Part shown: piece after piece, positions 41,201 to 51,928 of the stretch
Layout: each line of letters starts with the position of its first letter
Position numbering within the stretch: position 1 is the stretch's first letter
Virus record (IMG/VR): IMGVR_UViG_3300047157_000068
Coordinates: 32,001 to 96,000 of that record
Direction: 5' to 3' (one strand)
DNA: 64,000 bases
Origin: a virus
Made by a program: the position numbers and the translations under genes
The notes under the pieces: generated by a model
Database searches by the model: none
What the model was told of the DNA's origin: nothing
Seen by the model: the letters and a program-made list of their open reading frames with translations, nothing else

Positions 41201-42178
41201 ATGTTTAACACAAAAAACATTGTAGGAGAAGGACAGGATGTACCAAGTACTTGGGTATTTCAATACTATTTAGATCTTCCTGAAAAGCTTACCGGCCAAG
41301 ACATTAAGATTAAATCAATTTTTAATCCTAATGAAAGGACACCAAGTTTTTGCATATATGTAGATAAATCCATTATGCAGTATAAGTTTAAAGACTTTTC
41401 AACAGGTAGAAGTGGTAATAAAATAGACCTAGTCAAATTGATGTTTGAGTTACAGTATCATGATGCTATGACTAAGATGACATCAGATTATAACAAGTAT
41501 GTTAGGTCATCAGAATATGTACAACAAAAATTTACTCCTCAATCAAGATGGAAAATTGACTTTATTAAAGAAAGACAATGGACCACTGAGGATAGAAAGT
41601 TTTGGTTATCTTTTAGAATAGGTAAAACTATGCTTGAAGAGTACAACGTCAGACCAATTGATTATTATAATTTAATTAAAGATGATTCAGGTGAAATAAG
41701 AAAGCTAACTATAGGTAGTAAATGGTGTTATGGTTACTTTGATAAGAATGGTGAAGTTTATAAAATGTATCAACCTTTTAGTAAGAAATACAAATTTTAT
41801 AAAGCAAAGCCATATTTACAAGGTAAAGATCAGTTAACATACAAGCAGCCTTACTTAGTTATTTGTTCATCACTTAAAGATTCAATGTGCTTAAAAAGCA
41901 TGGGTTATAACATAGATGTTCTTAGCCCTGATTCAGAAAATACTATGATTAAACCTCATATTATAGAGCACCTAAAGAAGAAGTATAAAAAAGTAATCAC
42001 TCTATTTGATAATGATGATGCAGGTAGGCATGCTGTGGAAGTATATTTAAAAGAATATAAAATCCACGGTTTTGTGCCAACTATATGTAAAGACATATCA
42101 GACGCTATGAAAGAGCATGGGTTTGATAAAGTGCATAGTATGCTAAAACCATTATTAAAAGAGACCTTAAATAAATAA
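41201..42178 (+). CDS. DNA primase (Toprim)
   Basis: ERTPSF..Y, FKDFSTG, SSLKD, LFDNDDAG and KDISD motifs; probable start MFNTKN. Confidence 0.85.
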   Translation: MFNTKNIVGEGQDVPSTWVFQYYLDLPEKLTGQDIKIKSIFNPNERTPSFCIYVDKSIMQYKFKDFSTGRSGNKIDLVKLMFELQYHDAMTKMTSDYNKYVRSSEYVQQKFTPQSRWKIDFIKERQWTTEDRKFWLSFRIGKTMLEEYNVRPIDYYNLIKDDSGEIRKLTIGSKWCYGYFDKNGEVYKMYQPFSKKYKFYKAKPYLQGKDQLTYKQPYLVICSSLKDSMCLKSMGYNIDVLSPDSENTMIKPHIIEHLKKKYKKVITLFDNDDAGRHAVEVYLKEYKIHGFVPTICKDISDAMKEHGFDKVHSMLKPLLKETLNK

Positions 42179-42181
42179 TAT

Positions 42182-42550
42182 ATGAAATGGTTTATACCGG
42201 GAAACGTACCTTCTAGTAAAAATGGAAGAAGATGGACGGGTAAATACTTTATTGCTAGCAAAGCTGTTATGAATTACAGAAAAGCTACTAAAGATATTTA
42301 TCTTAAATATACTGAAGAGTTTAAGAAAGAACTCAAGAAGCATGAGCTTCCAGTTAAGATATCTTTTGAATTTATTAGAGGCAGCCGCCATAAGTTTGAT
42401 TATATAAATCCTGCACAAACAGTGCAAGATGATATGGTTAAATATGGTTGGATAGAAGATGATAATGCAGAGTTTATATTGCCTGCATTTGAGCAATACA
42501 CTTATGATAAGAAGAATCCAGGCGTATGGATAGAAATAATTACAAAGTAA
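42182..42550 (+). CDS. RusA-like Holliday junction resolvase
   Basis: IPGNVPSSKN, FDYIN..Q.VQD.MV..GWIEDDN and PGV.IEI motifs. Confidence 0.7.
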   Translation: MKWFIPGNVPSSKNGRRWTGKYFIASKAVMNYRKATKDIYLKYTEEFKKELKKHELPVKISFEFIRGSRHKFDYINPAQTVQDDMVKYGWIEDDNAEFILPAFEQYTYDKKNPGVWIEIITK

Positions 42551-42828
42551 TTACATTAGATGAGTTTTTTAAATTAAAAGAAATGTTTCAAGGTTTACCT
42601 GATGATCAGGAGATGGCTTGGGAGATTTACAAGAATAATTATAAAGATGATGCTATTGATTTACTTATGCATAAAGCATTAGTTTTTAAGCATAGAAAGA
42701 AGTTTGCTGATGCGGTTCAGTTTATTGATGAACCTGTAATTGGTAAGCAAGCTTTATATTACTATATAGAATTCCATAAAGCGGATGCTATTTATAAAGA
42801 AATATTAGATAAAATTATGAATCAATGA
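42526..42828 (+). CDS. Helical protein sharing a motif with the 45266 and 46297 proteins
   Basis: ITLDEFFKLKEMFQGLPDDQEMAWEI segment. Confidence 0.55.
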   Translation: MDRNNYKVITLDEFFKLKEMFQGLPDDQEMAWEIYKNNYKDDAIDLLMHKALVFKHRKKFADAVQFIDEPVIGKQALYYYIEFHKADAIYKEILDKIMNQ

Positions 42829-43988
42829 TAAACATACAAGATCAGGTTGCAAGAACAACCAAAAGTTTAATATTTACAGAGCCCTTTTACGGGCTCTTTT
42901 TAATTGGTATCAATAAACAATATAGTGAGCGTATTCCTACAGCAGGAGTAAGTAAGCAAGGTATTGGTATACAATTGACAATAAACCCAGAGTTTTATAA
43001 TGGACTTAGTGAAGATCACAGATTTGGATTAATTAAACATGAGCTTTTGCATATTGCATTTGGACATCTTTTATTAAGAGATCTATATTCTAATCATAAG
43101 TTATTTAATATAGCTGCAGATTTAGAGATCAACCAGTACATACTGGAAAGTAAATTACCTGAAGGTGGTTTATTACTCTCAAGTTTTCCTGAATTAAATC
43201 TTCCTACAAAAGCAGGTACAAAAGAATATTACAGACTTTTGGAAGAAGCACAACAGGATGGAACTTGTCCTTCATTAGATAATCTAATGGATCAGATGGA
43301 TGGTAATTCACCATACTGTCATAGTACATGGGAAGAGTTTGATGCATTACCTGAAGCAGATAAAAAGTTAGTTCAAAAACAAATTGAACATCAGCTTAAA
43401 GAATCTGCTGAACAAACAGAAAAGAAACAGGGTACTGTCCCTGGTGAACTTGCTGATTTGATTCATAGGTTAACACACATTGAACCGCCCAAGTTTGATT
43501 GGAAAGGATATCTAAGAAGATTTGTAGGTAACTCTAGTATAGTATATACTAAAAAGCTGAGACGTAAATACAATAAACGTTATTCAGCTAATCCAGGACT
43601 TAAGATTAAATTCAAGAATCATATTCTTGTTGGTGTTGACACAAGTGGATCTGTAAATAATGATGAGCTTAAAGAGTTCTTTAGTGAACTTGCACATATG
43701 TATAAGACAGGTCATAAAATTACAGTAGCACAATGTGACACCCGCTTGAATAGCGTGAAAGAGTTTAATCCAAAAAAAGATTGGGAAATACATGGTCGTG
43801 GTGGGACAAGCTTCCAACCAGTAGTAGATCATTTTAATGAAAACAAAGGGCAGTATACAGCTCTAATATATTTAACAGATGGTGAGGCTTATTCTCCAGA
43901 AAACTGTCCAAACAACACCTTATGGGTATTGAGCAGTATTTCTGATATGAATAATGAACTACCAGGACAAGTAATTAAATTAAATTAA
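42825..43988 (+). CDS. Metallopeptidase (HEXXH) plus VWA domain protein (DUF2201-like)
   Basis: HELLH, NIAADLEIN, MIDAS DTSGS, GRGGTSF and LTDG motifs. Confidence 0.88.
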   Translation: MINIQDQVARTTKSLIFTEPFYGLFLIGINKQYSERIPTAGVSKQGIGIQLTINPEFYNGLSEDHRFGLIKHELLHIAFGHLLLRDLYSNHKLFNIAADLEINQYILESKLPEGGLLLSSFPELNLPTKAGTKEYYRLLEEAQQDGTCPSLDNLMDQMDGNSPYCHSTWEEFDALPEADKKLVQKQIEHQLKESAEQTEKKQGTVPGELADLIHRLTHIEPPKFDWKGYLRRFVGNSSIVYTKKLRRKYNKRYSANPGLKIKFKNHILVGVDTSGSVNNDELKEFFSELAHMYKTGHKITVAQCDTRLNSVKEFNPKKDWEIHGRGGTSFQPVVDHFNENKGQYTALIYLTDGEAYSPENCPNNTLWVLSSISDMNNELPGQVIKLN

Positions 43989-43995
43989 TAGAAAA

Positions 43996-45264
43996 ATGGC
44001 ACAAGTAAATTTAAATGTAACAGAGTTAAAAGGATTTGTAAATCACATAATTACTAATAACAGATATTTGCAAGAAGCAGGTAAGAATTCTGTATCTGTA
44101 GAAGTTGTAGGTGAATCAGGTATTGGTAAGACTTCTACTATAGTAGAGCTTGCTCAAGATAATAACCTAAAGTTTGTAAAGCTTAATTTAGCTCAGATAG
44201 AAGAACTAGGTGACTTAGTTGGTTTCCCTGTACGTCAATTTCAGATGTATAAAGAAAAGCAAGTACCTGCAAAGAAGATTGATGACATATCTTATACAGC
44301 AGCACAAAGAGCTGCAGCATCATCAGATTTAGCTAATCTGAAAACTACTACCAAGAAAGTTGGTATGTGGGTTGATGAACTTGCCGTACAAGAGTATCTA
44401 AAAAATGGATACAAAATGACTGGTAAGAACAGAATGTCTTATTGTGCTCCTGAATGGATTGCAGATGCAAAGGCCGGTGGTATCTTATTACTAGATGACT
44501 GGAACCGTGCTGACACAAGATTTATTCAGGCAGTTATGGAATTGATTGATAGACAATCTTATATTTCATGGACATTACCAAAAGACTGGCACATAATTTT
44601 GACAGCAAATCCAGACAACGGAGATTATATGGTTAACAGTGTAGATAGTGCACAGAAGACTAGATATGTAACCGCTAACTTGAAGTTTGATGTTAATGTA
44701 TGGGCACAATGGGCTGAGGGTGCAGGAATTGATACTAGATGTATTAACTTCCTGTTGCTCCATCCAGAGTTAGTAACACAAGAAACTAATGCAAGATCAA
44801 TTACTACATTCTTTAATGCAATATCAAGCTTTGATTCTTTTGAGGATAACCTCAGCATGATTCAGATGATTGGTGAGGGTAGTGTTGGTGATGCTTTTGC
44901 TTCTATGTTTACAACCTTTATTAATAATAAGCTTGATAAGCTTGTAACACCTAAAGATTTGTTAACTCATGAAAATGAATCATACATCTTGGGTGAGCTT
45001 AGAAGTTGTATTGGTAAAGATGATACGTACCGTGCAGATATTGCATCTACTCTGGCTACAAGGCTGGGTAACTTCTCAGTTGTTCATTCTAAAGAGAATA
45101 CAATAACTCAGAAGTTGACTGATAGATTAATAGCACTATGTACTAAAGATTATTTTACTAATGATCTTAAGTATTTGATTGTGCGTACAATCTTTAATGG
45201 TAATAAAAAGAAGTTTAACAAATTGATGATGGTTCCTGAAATCATCCAAATGACAATGAAATAA
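43996..45264 (+). CDS. MoxR-like AAA+ ATPase
   Basis: GESGIGKT, EELGDLVGFP, LLLDDWNR and ILTANP motifs. Confidence 0.88.
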   Translation: MAQVNLNVTELKGFVNHIITNNRYLQEAGKNSVSVEVVGESGIGKTSTIVELAQDNNLKFVKLNLAQIEELGDLVGFPVRQFQMYKEKQVPAKKIDDISYTAAQRAAASSDLANLKTTTKKVGMWVDELAVQEYLKNGYKMTGKNRMSYCAPEWIADAKAGGILLLDDWNRADTRFIQAVMELIDRQSYISWTLPKDWHIILTANPDNGDYMVNSVDSAQKTRYVTANLKFDVNVWAQWAEGAGIDTRCINFLLLHPELVTQETNARSITTFFNAISSFDSFEDNLSMIQMIGEGSVGDAFASMFTTFINNKLDKLVTPKDLLTHENESYILGELRSCIGKDDTYRADIASTLATRLGNFSVVHSKENTITQKLTDRLIALCTKDYFTNDLKYLIVRTIFNGNKKKFNKLMMVPEIIQMTMK

Positions 45265-45265
45265 A

Positions 45266-46300
45266 ATGGCAAATAAATCAGTATATCAAAATTTTGATAC
45301 TGATGCTTTAAAGCACTTTGGACTAGAAGCTGACCCTGTATATGGGTTGGTTTCTAGTACTGGTGTTAATAAAGTATTATGTACTCAAGACCAAACAACA
45401 TATGAAAAAATAAACACTATACTAACGGTCCCTACAGAGGATGACCAAACTTTTAGAACCAAAAAGAAAGCTTTCATACTACCAAAGTGTAATGTATCAC
45501 AGGATAGATTGAAGGCTGCTCTTAAAGAGCATGGTATAACTGTAACAAATGATTATGAAATAGCAGATCTAATTATAGGTCATGATGAAATATCAACTTA
45601 TAAATTAACTAATGCTGAGAATATTCCTTCTACAGTAATGATGAATAAGTTATGGAATTATGAGACTACAAAAGGAGATGTGAATGGACATGGTATTATT
45701 AAAAAAATAGGTGATTCAGGTTTGGAATGTATTATTACACCAAAGATCACAGATAAAGTAAGATACTATGATATAGATATAGAAGATAGTTTGTATGATA
45801 GCTGGATGTTAACTGGTATGGCTATAAACTTGGCTCATATAATTGATACTACAGATGTTAGTGTTATTGATCCTGAGACAGTCCTTCATGCGTCTGCTAC
45901 TAAAATGACTCTTGATGAACAGCTTCTTAGTGATCTTAAAACTCAGTTAAATTCATATTCTGATGATAAATCTTTAGCTCTTAAAATTATACCAACTATA
46001 GATTATAAGAAAAACTATCATTTATTATGGCAGTTTGCACAAGACTGTAGTAGTATAACATATGCAGATAATAGAGATAAAGATTTGCAGTATTGGTTAG
46101 AGGCATCAAACTTTAATGATTTTAATCGTAAGAGTGCACAAGACATGATATTATGGTTAGAGCAAGAAGAGAAACTTGATAAAGTAACATTCAGATATCT
46201 TGAGCCTATAGTAAGAAGAGAAATAAGCATTCACAACAGAGATCTTTATACATTTAAAGTAGCTGTTAAAAAAGAATATCAAAAATATTTAAAGAAATGA
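45266..46300 (+). CDS. BRCT-like domain protein A
   Basis: KAFILPKCNVSQDRLKAALKEHGITVTNDYEIADLIIG; paralogous to 46297. Confidence 0.5.
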   Translation: MANKSVYQNFDTDALKHFGLEADPVYGLVSSTGVNKVLCTQDQTTYEKINTILTVPTEDDQTFRTKKKAFILPKCNVSQDRLKAALKEHGITVTNDYEIADLIIGHDEISTYKLTNAENIPSTVMMNKLWNYETTKGDVNGHGIIKKIGDSGLECIITPKITDKVRYYDIDIEDSLYDSWMLTGMAINLAHIIDTTDVSVIDPETVLHASATKMTLDEQLLSDLKTQLNSYSDDKSLALKIIPTIDYKKNYHLLWQFAQDCSSITYADNRDKDLQYWLEASNFNDFNRKSAQDMILWLEQEEKLDKVTFRYLEPIVRREISIHNRDLYTFKVAVKKEYQKYLKK

Positions 46301-47445
46301 GAAAAAGAGTAAAATTAGAAATTAATTGTACAAATGATACAATAGATACCAATGGAAGATTGAAAGGGGATGCATTCAAATGGAATTTCCTAGATGGTAT
46401 GCACATGTATAATAGTAATTCATGGGAAGTTAGACCTGAAGATATGGTTAAGCTTGGTGTACCAAATCTTGCAGATACTGTTGACTTACAAGATAAAAAA
46501 ATCTATAGGTATCCAAAATTGGATTTACCTAGACAGAAAGTAGATCTTTTGAAAGAAAGGTTTAACTGTAAAGTTATTAGAGATATAAATAAAGCTGACG
46601 TAGGGATTGTTTCTATGAAGTTTTTTGATAAACTTATTCAAAGAGAATGGGGAACCTCTGTCTCTTATGTAGAAATGTATAGAGTTTTAGCAGAACTTAA
46701 AAATTCAGATTTATTATCTGACTCTGCATTGGCTATACTAAGAGATTTTATGTCTCAAACAGATACTACATATAGAGTTAGTTATAAATACAACAAAAAC
46801 TGGGGTACTCAAGATGCTGCTGTAACAAAAATGTATGAGTTTATAGAACAAATAACTCAGGCAAATAGATCAAAATATGATGATGGTCATGATTGGATAT
46901 TACCAAAAGAGAACTACGCTGTGTATGATAGTATTATAAACTCTAAGGTTACTCTTATTGTAGACACTAGTGTGTGTGCTATAATAGATGAGGATCTTGC
47001 TGTTTTAGAAAGTGAAAAGTTTGATGAGGTAGAGAAAATGGTTACTAGTAGTGATATAGATAATAGATCATTAGCCTTAGAGATGTTGGCTAACTCCAAT
47101 ATTGAAAAATCATTTGATGTAGTATCTGGTATTTATTTTTGGCACTATGATTGGCTTAAAGCTACTACAAACTGGAATACAGTTAACGTTAAAGCTTTTA
47201 GAAAAAGAATGAAAGCTTATGAAGGAAATCATAATACTCAAGCTATTTACTCTTTCAATAAGTATCTAAATCTTTTGGCTGCTGACAGAAAATTAACTAA
47301 ATTTGCTGTGGATAGTACAAGAGAAAAGCTTCATACAACATTTCTAGCTAGTTTAGTAGGACCAAGTGCAAATGTATTTAAGGTTGACTTAGATTCTTTG
47401 TACATTAATGAAGAATTAACTAATAAAATTATTTCAGATGAATAG
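46297..47445 (+). CDS. BRCT-like domain protein B
   Basis: KIYRYPKLDLPRQKVDLLKERFNCKVIRDINKADVGIVS; paralogous to 45266. Confidence 0.5.
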   Translation: MRKRVKLEINCTNDTIDTNGRLKGDAFKWNFLDGMHMYNSNSWEVRPEDMVKLGVPNLADTVDLQDKKIYRYPKLDLPRQKVDLLKERFNCKVIRDINKADVGIVSMKFFDKLIQREWGTSVSYVEMYRVLAELKNSDLLSDSALAILRDFMSQTDTTYRVSYKYNKNWGTQDAAVTKMYEFIEQITQANRSKYDDGHDWILPKENYAVYDSIINSKVTLIVDTSVCAIIDEDLAVLESEKFDEVEKMVTSSDIDNRSLALEMLANSNIEKSFDVVSGIYFWHYDWLKATTNWNTVNVKAFRKRMKAYEGNHNTQAIYSFNKYLNLLAADRKLTKFAVDSTREKLHTTFLASLVGPSANVFKVDLDSLYINEELTNKIISDE

Positions 47446-48427
47446 AAACATGGAAAGGGAAGAAGACTTTTATGCAAATAAAGATTTTGCATTTAGTTAT
47501 TCTTCTCTTAACAAAATTTTATTTTCACCATCCTTGTTTTACAAGGACTATATTCTTAAACAACGTGAGGTTAAGACAGATAAACATTTAGTAGAAGGTA
47601 AACTTGTACATTGTTTAGTGTTTGAACCTGAGAACTTAAACAAAAAGTTTAACATTGTACCCGGTAAAGCACCATCAGATAGTGTTAGAAAGGTCCTAAA
47701 AAACATGTCTTTATATACTGATGCAAAATTGTTATTTGATGTTCCATCTGAAATAGTATTGGATTCACTCAAAGAAATGAATTTATATCAATCTCTTAAA
47801 ACAGATGAACAACGTATTGTAAAGATCATAAAAAAAGAGTTTGAACCTTATTGGGAATTCTTATCTAATACTAATGTAGATGTCATTAATGAAGAGACAT
47901 TATTAGATTGTACTGCTAAAGCTGAAGTTATAAAAGCTAATGAAGAGGTTATGAGTTTATTTAAAAATGAACAGACTGACTTTGATTTAGATCCAATAAC
48001 TACATATGCAGAACAATATCTTGTTTCTGATCTAGATGGCTATCCATTTAAATTACATGGATATGTAGATTACTATACTGTTGACTCTGAGTCAAAGACA
48101 GTAACAATATGTGATCTTAAAACATCTGGTAAAACTGTTGATGCATTTGCAGAAAGCGTAGACTTTTATAATTACTGGTTACAAGCTGCTATTTATTCTA
48201 AAATGGTTTATGATTCTCTTGGAGATGATAGAGATGATTACACTATAGAATTTAAATTTATTGTGATTGATAAGTATAATCAAGTATATGTTTTTGATGT
48301 ATCTCAAGAATCTATGGGCAATTGGGCTCAGGGTCTTGGTGGTGTATTAAAGACTGCAGGATATCACTACAATGAGAGAAACTATTCATTACCTTATGAA
48401 TTATTAGTGAAAAAGGTTAAATTGTAG
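47438..48427 (+). CDS. PD-(D/E)XK exonuclease (DUF3799 / exonuclease VIII-like)
   Basis: FSYSSL, GKLVHCLVFEP, GYVD, ICDLKT and YWLQAAIY motifs. Confidence 0.8.
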   Translation: MNRNMEREEDFYANKDFAFSYSSLNKILFSPSLFYKDYILKQREVKTDKHLVEGKLVHCLVFEPENLNKKFNIVPGKAPSDSVRKVLKNMSLYTDAKLLFDVPSEIVLDSLKEMNLYQSLKTDEQRIVKIIKKEFEPYWEFLSNTNVDVINEETLLDCTAKAEVIKANEEVMSLFKNEQTDFDLDPITTYAEQYLVSDLDGYPFKLHGYVDYYTVDSESKTVTICDLKTSGKTVDAFAESVDFYNYWLQAAIYSKMVYDSLGDDRDDYTIEFKFIVIDKYNQVYVFDVSQESMGNWAQGLGGVLKTAGYHYNERNYSLPYELLVKKVKL

Positions 48428-48428
48428 T

Positions 48429-49007
48429 ATGGGCGTATATTTAGAATATTTTCAAAAAAGCAAAGTATTTCTTTATCCTTTACTACAAATAAAGAAAGGC
48501 ATAACCCATGTACCAATACAAACGTATGTTGCATGGGATAATGTCTATTCTGTTAATGATCATAAATTCTTTTGTGAATATAAAACTAAAAAGACAAAAG
48601 TCTTTAATAAATTTGCAGCAGATAACTTGATAAATAACCCACTTTTTGAAGAGGCTATTGAATTAAATGAAAATACACAGTTGTATATATATGATTTTTC
48701 TAGCTTTAAAACTGATATAAAAAGATTTATCAATGGTAAATACTCACAATATAGTTTAGATAGCAAAATCAAAATAATAGATTTCTTTGGAGGACAAGAT
48801 AAAATAGGAAGTTATGTTGAAGGCTTCTTAACTCCGGATAGTGTACATGATAAATATGCAGAAACTTTAGGTGTTAGTATTAAATCTATAGAAGATGTAT
48901 ATGAAGTATGTACACCACCAGATCTTGAAAAAGAAACATTAATTGATAATAATCACGTTATTAGCCAATTATTAAAAAATAGTTCCATATCTTTGACAAA
49001 CAAATAA
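48429..49007 (+). CDS. Hypothetical protein
   Basis: 192-aa ORF coupled to the previous gene. Confidence 0.6.
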   Translation: MGVYLEYFQKSKVFLYPLLQIKKGITHVPIQTYVAWDNVYSVNDHKFFCEYKTKKTKVFNKFAADNLINNPLFEEAIELNENTQLYIYDFSSFKTDIKRFINGKYSQYSLDSKIKIIDFFGGQDKIGSYVEGFLTPDSVHDKYAETLGVSIKSIEDVYEVCTPPDLEKETLIDNNHVISQLLKNSSISLTNK

Positions 49008-49015
49008 TATATATT

Positions 49016-49435
49016 ATGGCAAACCAAATAGGACAAAATATGATGTTAGTAAATTCTACTTTTAGAAATGCTAAATCATTTACATTAATTCCAGTGAGTT
49101 TAGACTCACCATACACAGAAGCTATGTTTGACCCTGCGTCAGGCATTTTAGCAGTCATCAGTAAAGTGATGAAACAATCTTACCACATGGTTCCTAAGTT
49201 AGATGATGATGGTCAACCTATGAGACTTAAAGCACCTAACAAGCAAACAGGTAAAACACATAAAGAAGAAAGAAGGTTAGTAGATACATTTTCTGAGTTT
49301 TATCTTAGTGATAGAGCTGATATAGAAACATTTATTCATATGTTTGCAATTAATGCAGATAACTTTAATATAGAAGAATTCTTTGTAGATTTACAAAAAA
49401 CTGAGCCTTCTAAAATTATTCTTCCAGGTCAATAG
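49016..49435 (+). CDS. Hypothetical protein
   Basis: 139-aa ORF with a TATCTTTG box upstream and a terminator (aaaaacctca...tggggttttttt, about 49470-49497) downstream. Confidence 0.6.
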   Translation: MANQIGQNMMLVNSTFRNAKSFTLIPVSLDSPYTEAMFDPASGILAVISKVMKQSYHMVPKLDDDGQPMRLKAPNKQTGKTHKEERRLVDTFSEFYLSDRADIETFIHMFAINADNFNIEEFFVDLQKTEPSKIILPGQ

Positions 49436-49515
49436 GTTTCCCATACTATCCACCTATAACTTGGTACAGAAAAACCTCATTGATTTGGGGTTTTTTTGGC
49501 TCTAATAATTTTTAT

Positions 49516-49848
49516 ATGTCTAAATTAACAGAAGAAGAAATAATGGATGTCAACATCCTATTTGCTATGACCAAGTGTATGGGTGAACTTGCACACGGGT
49601 TACAGTATATACACACTCAACAAGTCAAACAAAAGATCAAACATGTGATAAAAACAGTTGACTTATATGAAAAAGAGATAAATAAGAAGTTAGAACGTGA
49701 TGGATCACCAGAAGCCGTAGAAAATATCTATGATAGTATTATGGATTTAATACTAGAAGCAAAAGTAGTAGCACTTAAAAATTATAAAGATGGAAACACT
49801 AATTCAAATGAGAGAGAGAGTAATGACTCTAGCTCTCAAAAAACATAA
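49516..49848 (+). CDS. Hypothetical protein
   Basis: Probable start MSKLTEEE. Confidence 0.5.
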   Translation: MSKLTEEEIMDVNILFAMTKCMGELAHGLQYIHTQQVKQKIKHVIKTVDLYEKEINKKLERDGSPEAVENIYDSIMDLILEAKVVALKNYKDGNTNSNERESNDSSSQKT

Positions 49849-49936
49849 AACAGTAGAAGCAGCAGCTAGAGCTTTAGGTATTACATCAAGAACTTTACAT
49901 ACATTTAAAGATAAACTTAAAAATAGAAAAGAATGA
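49790..49936 (+). CDS. Small Fis-like HTH protein (48 aa)
   Basis: ALKKHKTVEAAARALGITSRTL; ATGA overlap with the PolB start. Confidence 0.65.
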   Translation: METLIQMRERVMTLALKKHKTVEAAARALGITSRTLHTFKDKLKNRKE

Positions 49937-51924
49937 AGCATTGGGTAATGGACTATGAAACTTTATCTAATTGTTTCACCGGGGTATTTGAACACTATAA
50001 GACTACAGAAACAAAAGTCTTTGTTATTCATGACCTGCGTAATGATTTAGATGAGTTCATTAGTTTCTTAGAAGAAAACTTTAATAATAAAGAGTGGCAT
50101 ATATCCTATAATGGATTGGCCTTTGATGCTCAAGTCACTCACTATATAATAGATAACCATATTGATTGGTCAGATCTTAGTGGTTGTGAGATTGCTAGTA
50201 TTATTTATAGATATGCCCAACGTTGTATTCAGAAATCTAACAATAAAGAATTCAGTGATTACCCACAATGGAAGATGATAATTGGTCAAATAGACATATT
50301 TAAACTTCATCATTGGGATAATCCAGCTAAGCGTTCAAGTCTTAAGTGGATTCAGTATAGCATGGATTGGGAAAACATCCTTGACATGCCTATTCATCAT
50401 GAGACAGAGATAACTAAACAAGAAGAAATAGATACTATACTTGAATATTGTATTAATGATGTAAGATCTACTAAAGAAATTTATAATAGATCTAAGTCAC
50501 AGGTTGGTTTAAGAAAAGAACTGACCCAGACTTATAACATTAATCTGTTTAGTGCTTCTGAGCCCCGTATTAGTAAAGAACTTTTTGGATTTTATTTATC
50601 AGAAAAACTTAATATACAAAAGAGGGACCTAAAACAAATGAGAACTCATAGAACTGTAATTAAAGTTGATGATATTATATTACCATACATCTCGTTTACA
50701 TCTCCTGAGTTTAAAACATTACATGATAGGTTTAAATCTCTTGAGATAGATGCAACAAGATTAAAAGGTAGTTTTAAATATCATATTAATTACAAAGATG
50801 TGAAGACTCACTTTGGTTTAGGAGGTGCACACGGTGCTGCTGCTAAAGGAGTTTATGAAAGCTCAGATGATATGATCATTATGTCTTCGGATGTAACTAG
50901 TTTTTATCCTAATCTAGCTATTAAAAACAAGTGGTCTCCTGCGCATTTTCCAGTTGACCAGTTTTGTGATCAGTATGAGTGGTTCTTTGAGGAGCGTAAG
51001 AAGATACCTAAGAGCAATCCAATGAATTATGTATACAAGATTATACTTAATTCTACTTTTGGTCTTAGTAATGATGTAAACAGCTTCTTTTATGACCCTG
51101 AGTTGTGTATGAGAATTACAATTAACGGTCAACTAACGTTGATGATGTTGTATGAACAAATAATGGAGCGTATACCGGGTGCTGTTGCTTTATTACAAAA
51201 CACAGATGGTGTAGAAACTATTATACCTAGGGAGCACTATGATTTATATATGCAAATATGTGAAGAATGGGAAAATGCTACAAGTTTAAACTTAGAACAT
51301 GATGAATATCAAAAGCTTGTTTTATCTGATGTAAATAATTACATTGGTGTAAACAACTTTGTAAACGTTGACATTACTAAGTGGAGAGAAGTTAAACAAA
51401 GTCAGCCTCATTACCTATTTAAGGTTGAGAATGATAAATTTAGCTTTGCACCTGTTAAGCTTAAGGGTAGATTTGACTTTCATAATCTTCAATTGCATAA
51501 GAATAAGTCTAAGCTAGTGATCCCAAAGGCCATATATCAATACTTTGTTAATGATGTGCTACCAGAAGATTACTTAGAAGAGAATAAAAATATTCTTGAT
51601 TATTGTATAGGTGGTAAATCTAAAGGTGATTGGCAACAAGTAGCCCGCAGTATATTAAACGGTGCTTATAATGAAGAGCCATTGCAGAAAATCAATAGAT
51701 ATTTTATATCTAAAGAAGGTGTAAAGATTATTAAAGTCAACAAGAATGATGGGCGTGAGATACAGTTAGAATCAGGTAGATGGTTGCAAACAGTCTTTAA
51801 CAAGATGGAAGTTAAACCTAAATGGTCTGATTATAATATAGATAAGTTATATTATCTTCAAGCTATTGAATCTGAGATAAATAGTATACTCTCTGTAAAA
51901 ACAAATCAATTAAAATTATTTTAA
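49933..51924 (+). CDS. polB: Family B DNA polymerase with 3'-5' exonuclease
   Basis: Exonuclease motifs DYET, YNGLAFD and YCINDV; polymerase motifs DVTSFYP, KIILNSTFG and NTDG. Confidence 0.92.
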   Translation: MKHWVMDYETLSNCFTGVFEHYKTTETKVFVIHDLRNDLDEFISFLEENFNNKEWHISYNGLAFDAQVTHYIIDNHIDWSDLSGCEIASIIYRYAQRCIQKSNNKEFSDYPQWKMIIGQIDIFKLHHWDNPAKRSSLKWIQYSMDWENILDMPIHHETEITKQEEIDTILEYCINDVRSTKEIYNRSKSQVGLRKELTQTYNINLFSASEPRISKELFGFYLSEKLNIQKRDLKQMRTHRTVIKVDDIILPYISFTSPEFKTLHDRFKSLEIDATRLKGSFKYHINYKDVKTHFGLGGAHGAAAKGVYESSDDMIIMSSDVTSFYPNLAIKNKWSPAHFPVDQFCDQYEWFFEERKKIPKSNPMNYVYKIILNSTFGLSNDVNSFFYDPELCMRITINGQLTLMMLYEQIMERIPGAVALLQNTDGVETIIPREHYDLYMQICEEWENATSLNLEHDEYQKLVLSDVNNYIGVNNFVNVDITKWREVKQSQPHYLFKVENDKFSFAPVKLKGRFDFHNLQLHKNKSKLVIPKAIYQYFVNDVLPEDYLEENKNILDYCIGGKSKGDWQQVARSILNGAYNEEPLQKINRYFISKEGVKIIKVNKNDGREIQLESGRWLQTVFNKMEVKPKWSDYNIDKLYYLQAIESEINSILSVKTNQLKLF

Positions 51925-51928
51925 ACAT

